A stretch of DNA of 64,000 bases from assembly GCA_964016885.1 (NCBI GenBank), contig OZ024740.1:88598001-88662000 (forward strand), read 5' to 3'. The DNA is from Eledone cirrhosa (Eukaryota). Positions 1 through 13,385 of the stretch are shown here, in pieces (within the stretch, counting starts at the first letter, position 1; every line of letters starts with the position of its first letter). The notes below the pieces were generated by a model that saw only the letters and a list, made by a program, of their open reading frames with translations, was not told the origin of the DNA and made no database searches. The position numbers were made by a program, and so were the translations under genes.

Positions 1-71
1 AAATAATTTTGACGTACCATAAATATAAGCGACCATTAAAATAGGAGGCTGGCTTGGTCGTGAAGTGTTTA

Positions 72-500
72 TAATTATTTAGTTATAGTGTTAAGCACAG
101 TTAGAAAAAAAGACGGAGAGAAAGAAGAAATGGATGTAAAGAAAAACAGAGAGAGATAGGGGAGAGAGAAAGAAGGAGGTGGTGAAAAAAGAGAGGCAAC
201 CGAAGGCAACAGATGAATAATAATAATTCACCATACAAATAGAGAGATTTAAGAGAGAGGGAGTAGAGTAATTATTTAGTTATAGTGTTAAGCACAGTTA
301 GAGAAGAGACGGAGAGAAAAAAAGAAGATGAAGATAAAACAGAGAGAGAGAGAGAGAGAGGTGGGAGGAGAAGAATGAGGGAGAACAAATATAATTATAT
401 AGGGGGAGGTGAAAACTAAGAGAGAAATAAGAGAGAAACATGAGAGGCAAAATCAAAGCGACAGATACATAAAACTTCATCATATATAAAGAGAGAGGAG
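72..500. repeat. Two-copy diverged tandem duplication (~197 bp period), purine-rich
   Basis: TAATTATTTAGTTATAGTGTTAAGCACAGTTAGA starts at 72 and again at 269, each followed by similar GA-rich sequence. Confidence 0.75.
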
Positions 501-1619
501 AAGAAAGACCTATATCTAGAGAGAGGGAGGATACAGTTACCTCTTTACGTCATGTCCTATCAATTTGAATTATCAATTCATATGAACTGGGTAATATAAT
601 GTAAATATCAATATTCATGAATGAGACATAGATATATAATGTGAGAAAATAATTTTGCTCAATAATGACCATATGTTTAGTTTAAAACTCTGCGGTCAAT
701 GTACCAAAATCTGAGATAAATCTTCAAAAAATTACCCTATTTATAAAAATACGGAGATATATATGTATATATATATATACGTATATGCACTTTCTGAAAA
801 AAGAAAAAGAGAAAGTTATGTCTAGCTCTAGTCGATAATATAGTCATACACATGACTTTACGTGATCAACTCTATAATTTCTTGTGTCATAAAAAAATTT
901 CCTTGTGTTATAAAAAATTTCACTATATATATACATACAAAATAAACGATTAATATTCATGCCCTCACACATATGATTATCGTTCATGCATATAATATTA
1001 TGCATATCTGTAACATATACAGAACTATACCTATATATATATATATATGTATACATAAGATATCTGCGTGAGTTTTCCAGCATCTCTATGCACACATACA
1101 GGCACATGAACAGATAAAATAGACTCTGTAATCTTTCCATATGCATGTTAATACATATGGCCTTTGCATAGAGAAAACCAGATATCAATATATCAGCACA
1201 GAAATATCAAAAGGTTAAAATATTTTCAACACACCATAGAGTATCTCAAGCCACAAAACAGTATGCTTCATATATTTACCACAGAAATCTATCCTTCCAA
1301 TTTTTCAGACAATATATTGCAAAGTTTTTTTAGAAGCAATCAGAATCAAAAAGCAAATAAAAAAGCAAATAAAAAACCAAAAAATTATTTAACAAAAATT
1401 ATTTAAAGGATTTAGAAGACCCAGTGGTTCTACGGATGCTCTTATATTTAGTATAGAAATTTATCTTGCGTAAAATTTATTTAATACATTGGGAGCATAT
1501 ACATTTTAGAGTAGTTTAATTACATCATTTGTTTATATTTATGAAGAAGGTTTAAAAGAAGGAATCGAAAGATTTATCGTCAGGTTTCATACATTAATTA
1601 AATTTCTTAATTAATTATA

Positions 1620-2600
1620 CTACATTTTAAATTTATATTTATATTTAAACGTTGAGTTCAGTCTATGTCTGCAGCAACTGAATAAATTGCTCCTTAAATT
1701 AAGGGAATTTTTGGATTTTAATATAAAGAATATCTCCTCCACACAGTGATCACATGTCTCAGATGAAGAATTAAAAGGAATCCCTCTTGAGACAATATTC
1801 CAAAACATCGAATACTCAACATTATCTCGTTTAAGTTGCCAGAGTAGGCTTGATAGCGAAGTTGAAGATTTTTTGTTTGGATCTGTGAAATAATTCTTAT
1901 GATTATTGAAGCGAAGTTTAAATTCTGTCGAGGTGGAACCAACATAGTTGAAAGAATTTAAGTTAGTTTTAACATTACAATTGTATATTATATTTTTAAC
2001 TAAGCAATAGTTATTTAACGGACAGTTAGATTTATTTCTACAGTTACAGTTATTTAATTGAATATTGTTTGGGTTATTATTGGTATTTTGGTTAGGTTGT
2101 ACATTCCTATTATTAATTCTGTTAATATTTTGTGCTAAATTTTTGGTGGACGAGTAAGTTAATTTTATAGTATGTCTATTAAAAATTGAGTGATATTTAT
2201 GTGTTCTAGGGAAGCGTTTGTCAAGAGCATTAAAGAATAGTTTAGCAATATGGGTTTTAATATTTAGTGAGAAAGGGGGGGGAGGGGGGCAAACCATATT
2301 ATATTTCTAGTTCTATTTCGTTTTCGGCTTTTGGAATTATTGTAATGTTTTCTATTATAGTTGTTAAAGTTGTTACCGTAATTAAAATTGTTATTATTTT
2401 GGTTAGTTTGCTTATTATTATCGATGTACTTAATTTTACCACTATATCCTGCTCTAGCTAACGCTTCATTGTAATACTGCGCTTTTTCGTCAAAAATATT
2501 TTTATTAGATGAAATTCTTGAAATTCGTTCTTGAACAGAGTTCACTATAGTATTTTTAACAGATCTGGGGTGATTAGAGTTAAAATTGACATAATTCAAG
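1620..2600 (-). pseudogene. 5'-truncated PLE ORF (RT thumb + C-terminal GIY-YIG endonuclease), probably Hydra-type, one frameshift
   Basis: ORFs 2264-2641 and 1620-2297 give YVNFNSNHP..RISRISS..IIWF/PPFS..FP..H.Y..IFN..CNCRNKSNCPL..CL..IIY..YVGST..FKLRFNNH..LS..LW.LK..C..C.EE..LN.R...CRHR; the frameshift is in the G-run at ~2275-2289. Confidence 0.85.
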
Positions 2601-2809
2601 TTATATATATATATAAATATATATATGTATCGTATACACACACATATATATTAAAATCAGTTATACATTGCTTGAAGCACCGTGTCTTGTAAACATTGCA
2701 GTAAGAATATCGGATAAGGAGGGCGGAGAGTTTTGTGAGTTAGTGGTAGAAATAAACGAAAATAAAAGACGCGAAATGTGAATGTTACCTTGGTAATATT
2801 TAGTCCCAT

Positions 2810-2940
2810 TGAAATGGCAGTATCGGTAGAGGGTCGGACGTCATGCTTTGCAGCACAGTTACGTCCTACGGGGTCGATAAAATAAAGTACCAGTAATGCA
2901 CTGGGTAATTGCTGGCTTTGTGCCATAAGTAGAAACAATA
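2810..2940 (+). mobile_element. Octopus-type tRNA-derived SINE, internally deleted copy
   Basis: Shares TGGCAGTATCGGTAGAGGGTCGGACG and CGGGGTCGATAAAATAAAGTACCAGTAATGCACTGGGTAATTGCTGG with the fuller copy at 26043-26203. Confidence 0.7.
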
Positions 2941-3879
2941 ATATTTCGGTTCCTAATTGTTCTGAAATGCGTTTTTAGAAGTTTCTGAGAGCATTATTAG
3001 GACTCTTCAGTTGGCTTCGATTTGTAACTCAATACTGCGTGCACACCAGGGTCGGCTGAAAAGTTCGTTGGCTGAATATGAATGATCGAGTCTAGAGCTG
3101 TAAAATATTGTATGCATTAATTTCAATACCTATTAATAACTGCATTGTTCCTGTCCTGATAACAAATAAACATTATTTGGTTATTCCATGAGAGTATCAT
3201 ATTAATCCTATGACATTTTCAGCCGACTGTTGTATATTTGTCATAGTGGTTAGCATAAATGTTGGCTTATTGTGTTGTAGCTGCCATGTAATATTTGGCC
3301 GACTGCCTATTTGCTCAGCTTGTATTAATTAGTGGTCAGGCTAAATTAAACATTGGGCCTCATTTCGTCCCAATCTGTTATTGTTAGTCGGTATGTACCG
3401 TTTGATTAATAGCACCTCGTTGATCTGCCAATGGCCTAAGTTTTTAACCATAGCGGTTATGCTCTTGGCATTGTTGCAGCAATTAATGATATGTTTCCGT
3501 AATGACTACGAGTTTGCGGTGGTGATGTGTCTGTGAATCCTTATATTTATCACATTTATTGCATTGTATTCGACACACGTATTTATGAGGGCATTTGCAT
3601 GTGTTGCTGACGAGAAAGCTTACCAGTATACATAAAATATACTTGGAACTTTGGGATCTAAAGCTGGTTGTTAAAAGATCTTGGGTAACTATTGGTTTCC
3701 TACATTGTAAGGAACTCCTTGGTGTGGGTGGTGGGATTTTCTCCCCAATCGCACCCGAAGAAGCGCGCATGCCGTGTAAATCTAGTCTAAAACTAATTGG
3801 CTGTACGACCAGTATGATTTCTCTAGATGCGATTTAGTGAAGTAGGGTTGTCTCCGAAAGGTCGGTTTCCCCCAGAAAA

Positions 3880-4300
3880 TATTGGCAGGGTCTCTGCAGT
3901 TACAACGTGGGGCATCTTCGTTTTTGGTTGTATCATGCATTATTACAAGCGATACCGGAATAACTAAAATTAGCATTATGAGATTTTAAGCGTTTACCCT
4001 ATTTATGATGGTAAGGGAAATGTCATCTAATGAGGAATAGAAAGTTCTTAGCTGTGTTTGTTGACACATCTAGCTTGTGTCGATGGTCGAATCAAATTAT
4101 ATTTTAATTGTGAATTCTCATTGTGTGTTAGCTTTTCCTTAAATTTAATCCTCACTACTGTCTCGTTGCAATGGGGTTTAGGTATCTGTCGTCTGATAAG
4201 CCAGATATTCATTTGCTAATATTATTTACTAACTGTAACTAGTTGGTGTAGGAATTCGTATGCATACATACTGTTTCCTCATTACATACCCAGTGACAGC
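3880..4300 (-). pseudogene. Highly decayed PLE fragment (same lineage as 1620-2600)
   Basis: Manual translation: ISGLSDD..II*FDHRHKLDVSTNTAKNFLFLIR*HFPYHHK*GKRLKSHNANFSYS..CNCRDP. Confidence 0.6.
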
Positions 4301-4479
4301 ACTGCTTGTTTGTTTTGCGCTCCAGAGAGAATCCGAGGAAGTCGGCATTCGTTAAATGATATTTAAGTCGAAATCATATCAGGAATTGTATTTTATATAC
4401 GCATCAATATTTATTGAATGTTTTTACTTTTATTCATTTTTAAACAATCGATGTATATATATATATATATAAAGGGTAG

Positions 4480-4775
4480 AGAAATCCTCCAGTCACGAAT
4501 GGCCATGAGATTTGCAACTAGAAAGTTCCCCTCAACGGCACAAGTCTGGGCAAGATTATTTGTGGAAAACCCGCAGTTGCCCATGCAAACCAGTCTCCCC
4601 TCTCCACGCCACCGATGCTGTCCAAGGGAAAGGCAAAGGCCGCTACAGCTTGACACAAGTATCGTCGCAACTCATTTCTACAGTTTAGTTAACTGAAGCA
4701 ACATGAAATAAAGTGTCTTGCTCAAGAACACAAAGATTGTAAGCCCGACGCTCTAATCACTAAATCATGCGGGTT
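4480..4775 (-). mobile_element. Decayed CORE-like SINE
   Basis: AAGTGTCTTGCTCAAGAACACA is CORE-like (reverse complement), next to a tRNA-head remnant (GCCCGACGCTCTAATCACTA). Confidence 0.45.
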
Positions 4776-5167
4776 CACTATATATATATAACAATAATAA
4801 TTTAGATGAGTTGATAACATGACCAAGGCAAAGAATAATTCGAAGCTCAAATCTAATTTTATAGTCAGCAGCAAGATAGATAAAAGACATTTCAGAGTTT
4901 CATCCAATCGGTAAATTTTCAATCACAGTCGTTTTCCAATATCACAGAGCATATATGGAATGAATAAAAATAATCAAGATTAAATTACATTTTCTGAATG
5001 GAGATGTCCATACATGTGGTTGGTAAATGCTTATGTTATTTATGTTGTTTAATAGATTCAGAAGAAATCAAAACAGAAGAAATATATTTTCTTACTGTAT
5101 TGATAGAAACGTTCGTAATTCAATTTAAATAATTAAATGTACTTTAAGCCAGGTTATTTTTATTTAT

Positions 5168-5565
5168 TACTAGAGCACCGGTGTCCCGTTGGGTCACGTT
5201 CACTTAAATGTATTCGATTCTTTGATGTCACTTGTTATAATTTAATTCAACAACACCACTAACTCTCACTCTATCTCTTCCATTTTCCTTTTCTGTCTCT
5301 TTCTCTCTCTATGTCTCTCTTTCAATCTACTCCCCACACAACCACTATCTCATTCTCTTTCTCGTTCTCTCTCTCTGTTTACGAAGATACCAGGAAAAAG
5401 CCCGTATCTCGGGAACCCACGCTCCAATTCACGTGAAACATTATTCCATTTGTATTCCCATTTCAGAGGCAACTTCCTTTCAAAGTATTATCATATTATG
5501 CACCGTTTTGGCTGTATTGCATTACAGGCAAGCACACAATAGTAGAGCTTGAGTAGTATATAGAT
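5168..5565 (+). mobile_element. Possible non-autonomous Helentron/DINE-like element
   Basis: Begins TACTAG..CCCG..GGGTCACG, has an internal CT microsatellite, ends TAGTATATAGAT; resemblance only. Confidence 0.3.
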
Positions 5566-5869
5566 AGTTAGAAAGGTAGATAGATAGATTGAAAATACAC
5601 AAACACCATCAACAAAACCACACTAAACCACCACCAACCTCTACACCACCACACTATTACTAACACCCCCATACATCCCTCCCTCCACCACCACCACCCT
5701 CCACTACCACATATTTTAAACTCCTGTCAAATAATTCAACACCACCAAATAACAAAGGAAGATCTCCCCCACCCTCCAGGTGTTCAAAAGATGGAGTGGG
5801 GCTGGAGAACTTTGTCGTTCTTTACAGAAGACAAAAGATGAAAATATGTTTTTTCAAAGTAAAAAAAAT

Positions 5870-7085
5870 ATAGAGAGGGAGAGAGTATTTGGTGGTCTGA
5901 GATGGGAAATTGAGAGAGAGAGAGAGAGAGAGGGGTATGTAGTTGGATATAGAGAGGAGGAGAGAGTTTGTTGGTTTCGTGAGAGAGTAGTCTGAGAGTG
6001 AGAACGAGTGAGGTATATAGTAGAATACATAGAGCCGGGAAGAATATGTTTGTTTAGTGAGAGAGGGGGGATTAAGAGAGTGAACGTGAGTGAGGTATTT
6101 GGTGGAATATAGAGGAGGAGAGTGAATTTGGTGGTGTAATGAGAGAGGGGAATTGTGAGAGAGAGTGTGTGGTAAGTAGTGGGTTGTAGAGAGGGGGAGA
6201 GAGTTTATTCTCCTAGTGAGAGAGGAAGTATTGTGAGAGTGGAATATAGAGAGAGGGAGATAATTTGGTGGTTTAGTGAGAGAGGGGTAATTGGGAGCCA
6301 GGGTGGGGTGTGTAGTGCGATATAGAGAGTGGGGGGGATTTGTTGGTTTAGTGATAGAGGGAGGATTAAGAGAGTGAAAGAGAGTGAGTTATGTAGTGGA
6401 ATAGAGAAAAGGTGGAGATAATGTGTTGGTCTAGTGAGAGAGGGGGATTTGTAAGAGAGAGTAAGGTATATACTGGTATCTAGAGAGGGGTGAGAGTATA
6501 TTAGCCTAGTGAGAGAGGGGGAGTTAAGAGAGTGAAAGGGAGTGAGGTGTGTAGTGGAATATAGAGAGGGGAGATAATTTGGTCATATATTTTGAGAGGG
6601 GGAATTGTGAGTGAGAGTATTTCTTGGTTTAGTGAGAGATGGGGAATTAACAAAGTGAGAGAGGGAGAGATTGATAGGTGGTCTAGTGAAAGAGGGTCAT
6701 TTGTGAGATAGAGAGTGTGGTATGTAGTGGGTTATAGAGAGGGGGAGATATTTCATTGACCTGTTCAGAGAGAGGGTAGTGTGAGAGTAAGAGAGAGTGA
6801 GTTATGTAGTGGAATATAGAGAGGGGGAGAGCATTTGGTCGAATAGTTTGAGAGGGGGAATTGTGAGCGAGTGTGGGGTATGTATTGGGATATAGAGAGC
6901 GGGAGAATATTTTTTGGTTTAGTGAGAGAGGGGGAATTAAGAGATTGAAATAGAGAGAGTTATGTCGTGGAATATAGAGAGTAGTAGATTGATTGGTGGT
7001 CTAGTGAGTGAGGGGGAATTGTGAAAGAGTGAGGTACGTAGTGGTATAAAGTGAGGGAGAGAGAGTTTGGTGGTATAGTGAGACT
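5870..7085. repeat. Degenerate GA-rich minisatellite, unit ~60-65 bp
   Basis: Recurring GAGTGAGGTATGTAGTGGAATATAGAGAGGGGGAGA..TTGGTGGTTTAGTGAGAGAGGGGGAATT variants. Confidence 0.8.
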
Positions 7086-7517
7086 AGAACTCAACACCCA
7101 ATTCATAACCTGATAGAACTTCTAGCCCCATATTTACACACACCCCACACACACGCACACACGCACACACACACACACGCTTACACCTCCACTTATTCTC
7201 TCTCACACATACACACACAAAACCAGTTCTAACACCAGATAACACCTATCCCCCACATTTACGAATAGACATATCCTCTCACACTCACACACACACACAC
7301 TCACATACTTACACCTACATGCATTCTCCCACACACTTAAACAGGCATGTATAAAAAAACCAAAAAGAACAAAAACAAACCCCTTTTAAAGGGAGACTAC
7401 TCTTTATCCACCTAATTTTAACTCTTTGACATTAGAGATAGAACAGATACTCTATACCGTTTCCTGTCAGCATGACTTGGCAAGTTATTTAGAACACTGG
7501 TTTGAGAGCTTTACTTC

Positions 7518-7552
7518 CCTCTGAAGAAGAGATATTATCTCGAAAATTAAGG
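7518..7552 (+). ncRNA. Minimal type-I hammerhead ribozyme motif (PLE pLTR-like context)
   Basis: cct CTGAAGA a gagat-att-atctc GAAA at TA agg; 3-bp helix I, palindromic AATT helix III. Confidence 0.55.
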
Positions 7553-7836
7553 ACATTTAAATAAATCTAAGGTAAAAGACTAATTGTCAACAATATCTTT
7601 TGCATTTGCATTCTTTATTCTATGTCCATACCTGCATTGTTTTGGCTTTATTATACATATACAAACGTTTATGTATATATATATATATATATTGTTATGC
7701 ATTGGGAGGGTCATGTTGCGAATAAGAAACACACGCACCAGTAGTTTTCACTCCAATTTATTATAAATTAAATTTATAAATTTAGGAATTTCCGGTTGGT
7801 TGGATGGTTCCATAACAGGACGTTTGTTTATATATT

Positions 7837-7879
7837 GTCAAAGTTCTTTCGTCACACATTATGTGACCTCTTCAGTGAC
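7837..7879 (-). ncRNA. Minimal hammerhead ribozyme motif
   Basis: RC: gtca CTGAAGA g gtcaca-taatg-tgtgac GAAA gaac TT tgac; same GAAAGAACTTTGA 3' half as the HHR at ~45876. Confidence 0.6.
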
Positions 7880-7994
7880 TGGGGATTCTTTTCTTTGTTT
7901 TGTGCCTCTCTTTTGTTCTGTCCTACGCCATATTGTTTTTGATGGCGTAGGACAGAACAAAGGAGAGGCAAAAAACAAAGAAAGGGATCCCCAG
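7879..7994. repeat. Inverted repeat (53-bp arms, 10-nt loop), fold-back 5' end of a PLE pLTR insertion
   Basis: CTGGGGATTC..CCTACGCCAT / ATGGCGTAGG..GGATCCCCAG. Confidence 0.85.
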
Positions 7995-9640
7995 CTTCTG
8001 AAGACGGGGCTGAAGCCAGCCGCCTTGAGGACAGCCTCCAGGTACCGATGGTCGACACTATCGAATGCTTTGGATTGATCTAAATTGATCAAAGCCCCAC
8101 CGAAGCCAGGTTTACAACCCACCCTCTCTATGATGTATCGCATTAGGTGGAGGTTGTCGTGTATGGACTTGTTTGGGATTGCGCAAGTTTGCGCCTCCCC
8201 AACCAAATCCTCGACGACAAGCGCCAACGTCTTCGCTAACACCCTGGCCAAAATCTTAAACTCTGTGTTGAGCAGAGTTATGGGCCTGAAATTGTCTAAT
8301 ATGTCCGTCTTGTTCTTGTCTTTCCCTATCAGCGTCACTACGCCCCGGCTCACAGAACTGGGAATACTCCCGTTTTGCTGCCAGTTGCAGTAGAGGGCTT
8401 CGAGGAGATTGGAGAACAAGTCTGGCATATTTACGTAAAGCTCGTAGGGCAGACCATCCAAACCGGGGACTTGCGCCGCATGCAGCCGACAAGGGCATCC
8501 TGAATCTCGGCTGAAGTAATTGGCCTTTCGCAGCGCCCAGCGTCAACCGTCGAGAGTTGCCTCAAACCATCGAGGTAGGGACTGAAGTCCGCCACCATCT
8601 CTGACCCGCCACTACCCCCGAACAACCGCGCAAAATGTTGGCGAAAGGCCTCACACATCCTCTTGGAATCGGCTAGCTCGTGCCCGTCTCGGTCCGTCAA
8701 AGACCGAATCGTAGTTTTATTACCACGCTGCGCCTCTGCCACGCCGGCCCATCGAACAGCTTTGGTTCCCTCGTTTCTCAGAGCACGCGCCTTAGCTCTG
8801 ACAATGCAACCTTCGTGTTTCGCATTGAAGAAATGGTCTAATGCCATTCTGACCGCTAGCACGTCAGTTGAAATGCCACTACCAATAACCTCGTCTAACT
8901 TATCTACCAACTCCCCCTCCTTTCTATTTTTCTTTACAGATCATACAGATCACAAACTTGTGATCTGAATAGTCGACCGTTTCAAAGCGTGGACAGCTTA
9001 CACTATTTCTGTCTATTTTCCTAATGAATATCCTGTCTATATACGATCTAGATGACCCTATGCGGTTAGCCCAGGTCCACACTGGCGCATTAGGGAAATC
9101 TAGTCGGTACCTGTCAGACAGTTGGAACTGGCTGATCTGGTTCTTGAGACTTTTGCACCCCCCGCTCCTATCGGATACTCCCACACAGTCTCAGCGTGCG
9201 TCTAAGATGCCGATCCAGTCCACCGCTAACAGTAAAGGGCGAGACGTACCCAGAAAGGCTTCCAGGCGTCTAAAGAAGTCCGGCCGTCCTGCCCCAGTAG
9301 GAGCATAGACGGCCACCAGTCTAAAGGCACCACCTTCGTTATTGTACACGTCCAGGACCACCAACTTCCCGTCCGATTCCCGGAAGATCGACCTTACCTC
9401 GAGATCCAGGCCTTTCCTAAACAGCACTGCCACCCCGCCTCCCATTCCCGGCCGACTAACAGATGCAAAGATCTGATAGTCGTCGAAAATGGGGGCTAGT
9501 GCGCGCGTGTCGGAAATCCTGGTCTCGCTGACGACAATTACATCCATTTCTATAGACCTGAGGTCGTTGAGCAGGTGACCCTGCTTCCAGTACGGTCCCA
9601 AGCCTCGAACATTTAATCATCCTACTCTTAATACGGCCAT
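7992..9640 (-). pseudogene. L1/Tx1-clade LINE ORF2 (APE endonuclease + N-terminal RT), disrupted and 3'-truncated
   Basis: LNVRGL, SETR, GGGVAVLF, VAVYAP, SYIDRIF, SDHK (APE); KSP-G-DGLP, FRPITLLNTEFKILARVLA, LDQSKAFDSVDH (RT); stop at 9191 and frameshifts. Confidence 0.9.
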
Positions 9641-9670
9641 GTTGGCAGGTTAAAAAGAGAGAGAAAAGGT

Positions 9671-11600
9671 TTACTTACCTTCCGGGCTCTTGTGAAGGTC
9701 GAGTTGTTCGACCTCCATAGTTGATGGGGTTTCTTTTGGGAACCCCTTTAAAAGTCTTGAAGTGGGTTTTACGTTCGGGGTTCCCACATCCTGAGGAAAG
9801 CTGTCACGAATTTCTTTGTATATATCGAGCGACATTCGCACCAGAACCAAATCTTCCGGCACGCGAAATGTGCTCGATTTAAAAATTTCCCCCTCTTTTT
9901 GTATATTTTCACTTCGTGCTACGAGGGCCATCAGTTCCTTGTTGGCCCTCCTGACGAGCACGAAGTTTTGTATGTTTTGTTGGTGCGATTTTATTTGTTT
10001 GCGTGGCTGTGGTGATGATGGTTTTGGTGGTGTTGTTTCGGTTGTATCTGTGTTTGTTGTGAGTGCGGTGTTTGTGGTTTCAGATGTTTGTGTGTATATT
10101 TGTTCTTGCGTCAGTTTCGGTTGTTTGCGTTTGGGGGATTCTGGTGATAGTGATGGTGGTGTTGATGTTGGTGTTATTGGAGAGATGTTTTCGTGGGTGG
10201 TGTCTGCGTTTTTTTTTTATTGTGGGTGATTTTGTGCTTTGTTGATTTTTTTTTTCTTTTTGTGTTTTCTTTTTTGTATTTTGGGGGATTTTGGTTTTCC
10301 CTCATCTTCAGTACTGGTAGATGAGGGGTCTGTGTCTGTAAATGTGTCTGTATGTATGTTTATGGTTTTATTGGTGTGTGTATTTTTGGGTGGCGGGGGA
10401 ATTTGACAGCTTTGGGTGTTGGTGGTGGTCTTTCTATTGGTGTTATTGTTGGTGGTTTTGCCGGTGCTGCTGTTGGTTGTGGTACTCGCTCCGGCGTCGG
10501 CAGCAGTGGAGCCTTTCGACCCCCTGCCTCTTTAAGCAGTTGAGGGCAGAAGGCTCGAAAATGGATTTTTTCCCCTCAAACAAAACACTTCGGCCCTTTG
10601 CCTTCGGTCATAATGTGAATGACCGTCCCATTAAGAAGGCATATCTGGTCCGGGATGTCTTCACATTCTCGGGCCTGATCTGGAGAAGGATCTCCAGGTC
10701 AACCCAGGACCAGTCCTCTCTGGCCGTTCTGGTCACTTCTATAGGGACGCTATCCTTCCCCTCCACAATCACACAACCCAGAAGCCACCACATGGTGGGA
10801 TTCTGGGAATGCGGAAACGGGCCGTTCTTTTTCCCATGTGGGAGGGGTACATTATGACCTTAATGGTTTTGAAAGGAGTCATAGCGTGTTTCATAGCGAG
10901 GGCTTCTGACTCGAATAACACCGAAATGGTGCCGTACTGTCTGCCCCTCTCTATGTATTCGATGTCTTCTCTGATGCACCTCAGCGCGACTTCGACATCT
11001 TCTTGTGGGATTAAAGCTGCCCTTTTGGTTTGTACTGAGATGCATCTATAATGCACCGTTCTGCGCTCCACTGCCTCAATAGCTTCTACTGGGACAGTTA
11101 AGTTGGCCCAGGTTTGCTCTTGCTTGATGAGCTTCCATGCCTGGGCCAACTTTTCATCTTTGTTTAAGAGGTCCATGTTGAAGCATGGCCTCTTTTTTGC
11201 TGCTGCCGCAGCGAAAGTGTTCTTCTTGTTTTCGTTGGGTGTGTTGTGGTCGTTGTCGTTGTTCTTGTTGCTGTTGTTGTTAGCACTGTCTCTGTTATCA
11301 TCTCGGTGCAGTTGGTATTGTTGCTGTTGGTGTTTTCGCTATTTGTTTTCATGTTAGAGGTGTTGATATTGTTGTTGTATTTGTTATTTTATTTTTGTTA
11401 TCTGTATTTTCGTTGTCGCTGTTACTGTCATTTTTTTCAAAATTAGAGTTCTCATTGGTATCATTGGTGTCTTTGTTTACATTGTTTGTGGTGGTGTTTG
11501 TGTTATCAATTTGTGTTAATTTCGCTGTACCGCTCCTCCCAACTTCTACGTCGTTGTCGCACGACAGCAGACATATCGCTGGGGGCGTGGCTCAGCCATG
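9671..11600 (-). pseudogene. L1/Tx1 ORF1 (gag-like, T/N/K-rich low-complexity linkers), frameshifted
   Basis: Collinear ORF pieces 11164-11352, 10769-11176, 10608-10793 and 9671-9961 end just upstream of the ORF2 ATG. Confidence 0.65.
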
Positions 11601-11802
11601 TTTTTTTTCTTCGTAATTTTTTTAACATGTAAAAAAGTTCAAATATTTGGGCCAAAAGGCCCAAATATTATACTTTCCCTTTCACGGAGCAAAGTTTAAG
11701 GGCTTATATCCCTTACACGACAAGAAATATTTAACAACAAATAATTTTAATAGGCAAATAAAGCGACTTACTGGGAGCGAGTAAAATACGTCCGCTTACA
11801 TC

Positions 11803-11834
<32 letters not shown>

Positions 11835-12614
11835 TACAGACATGGAACTGGTTGAAAAGAGGAGACCTTAAAAAGGCTACAGAATGAATGCTAATGGCTG
11901 CGCAAAAGCATGCCCTCAAAACGAAGTGGTTGAAACACCATATTTACTAAGGAGGAGGCTAGCACACTGTGTAGGATCTGTGGAGGGAGGAGACTGTGGC
12001 TCACATTGTATCCGAGTGTAAACACCTAGCCCAGACTGACTATAAAGGCTGGAGAGATGATGTGATGGGCAGTGTGATCCACTGGCACCTGTGCAAAGTA
12101 AACAATTTACCACATTCTGAGAAGTGGTATGAGCATAGGCCAGAGGCGGTGATGGAGAACAATCAGGTGAAGGTGCTGTGGGATTTTAGGATACAGACGG
12201 ACAAGAAACTGGAACACAATAGACCTGGCCTGGTGGTTTTGGACAAGGGAAAAAGATCGTGCCTGATTGTGGGTGTAGCCTGTCCATTCGACACGAGAGT
12301 GCAAGTGAAGGAGAGGGAGAAAATTAACCGATACCAGGACTTAAAGTGGGAGATAAAAAGGATTTGGAATTGCGATGAGGTCAAAGTGGTCCCGATTGTC
12401 ATAGGCGAACTAGGTACTATCTCAAAAAGTTTCCAGGGATGGTTAAAGAAAATTGGCCCGTCCACGCTTTTTGGAACGCTTCAAAAGGCATGCTTGCTGG
12501 GAACAGCAAGAACCCTCTGATACGTCCTGAATATCTGAGGCTGCAGGTAGTGGCTTGATATTCATTTCAACAAACTCTCCAGTTAACTAACATCAATGAC
12601 TGAGACTCAAAGAG
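11835..12614 (+). mobile_element. R4/Dong-type RLE LINE 3' fragment inserted in (TAA)n
   Basis: CRIC..ETVAHIVSEC, RPxLVVLDK..xVACPFD..EKINRYQDL, LQKACLLGTAR; flanked on both sides by (AAT)n (11803-11833, 12615-12660). Confidence 0.9.
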
Positions 12615-12661
12615 TAATAACAATAATAATAATAATAATAATAATAATGATTATAATAATG

Positions 12662-13248
12662 AAATTATTGTGTACAGTGCTCAGGTGCACTACAACTCAT
12701 CAAAGATGCATATATAGTACATAGAATAATGTACAAATGTCAGGAAAATGAACAGTGTACAAGTCACGAAATACATGTGTGCGTGTGTATGGAGGTGGGA
12801 TATCAGGTGTAGTGTTGGCGAATCTCAGGAAGCATGGAGGTTTTAAACATTGCAGTGTCTCGACAGCTAATAAGTGATGCAGGTAGTTTGTTCCATGCTT
12901 CAGCAACTCTGAGCGTGAAAAAATGTTTCCGAGAGTCATGGGAGCTGTATTTTTTCTGACTTTGTTGGCATGCCCACATGTGTTAGACACATAGAAAACA
13001 AAAAGCTGCTCAGGGCTGTTGTTGGCAAGATGGTTAATCATTTTGTGGGTGTTTACCAAGTCAGTTGCCAGACATCGGAGCTTCAATGTATCCAAGCGCA
13101 GGGAGGCAGGGCGTTCAGAGTATGGTAGATGCCTGATGGAGGGTATTAGCTTGGCTGCAAGTCTCTGAACAGTTTCCAGGCGGTCAATATTCTGAGCAAG
13201 ATAGGGGTTCCAGACTGGTGATGCAAATTCTAAGTGTGGCTGCACCAT
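12662..13248 (-). mobile_element. CR1-group LINE 3' fragment
   Basis: VQPHLEFASPVWNPY..IDRLETVQRLAAKLIP..LPYSER..L.LDTLKLR; short 3'UTR ending in an ATT-type tail. Confidence 0.85.
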
Positions 13249-13342
13249 ACAACGAAAAAATGATTTTCGTCAGCCAATGAACATGAGCATATATTCTATA
13301 AGATTTTAGTTTATATTCTCTTAGTTTGCAGAAGAAGTAAGT

Positions 13343-13385
13343 TCCTTTGACGACGGTTAATGAACCAGAAACGGTGCCGTGATGG
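13343..13385 (+). ncRNA. Decayed hammerhead motif
   Basis: TTGACGA c ggtt-aatg-aacc a GAAA cggtgccg T(G); near-palindromic helix III, but the core and cleavage site are mutated. Confidence 0.35.

Noticed and set aside
5870-7085. CRISPR-like array
   Set aside because: No constant repeat with unique spacers; it is a degenerate eukaryotic minisatellite.
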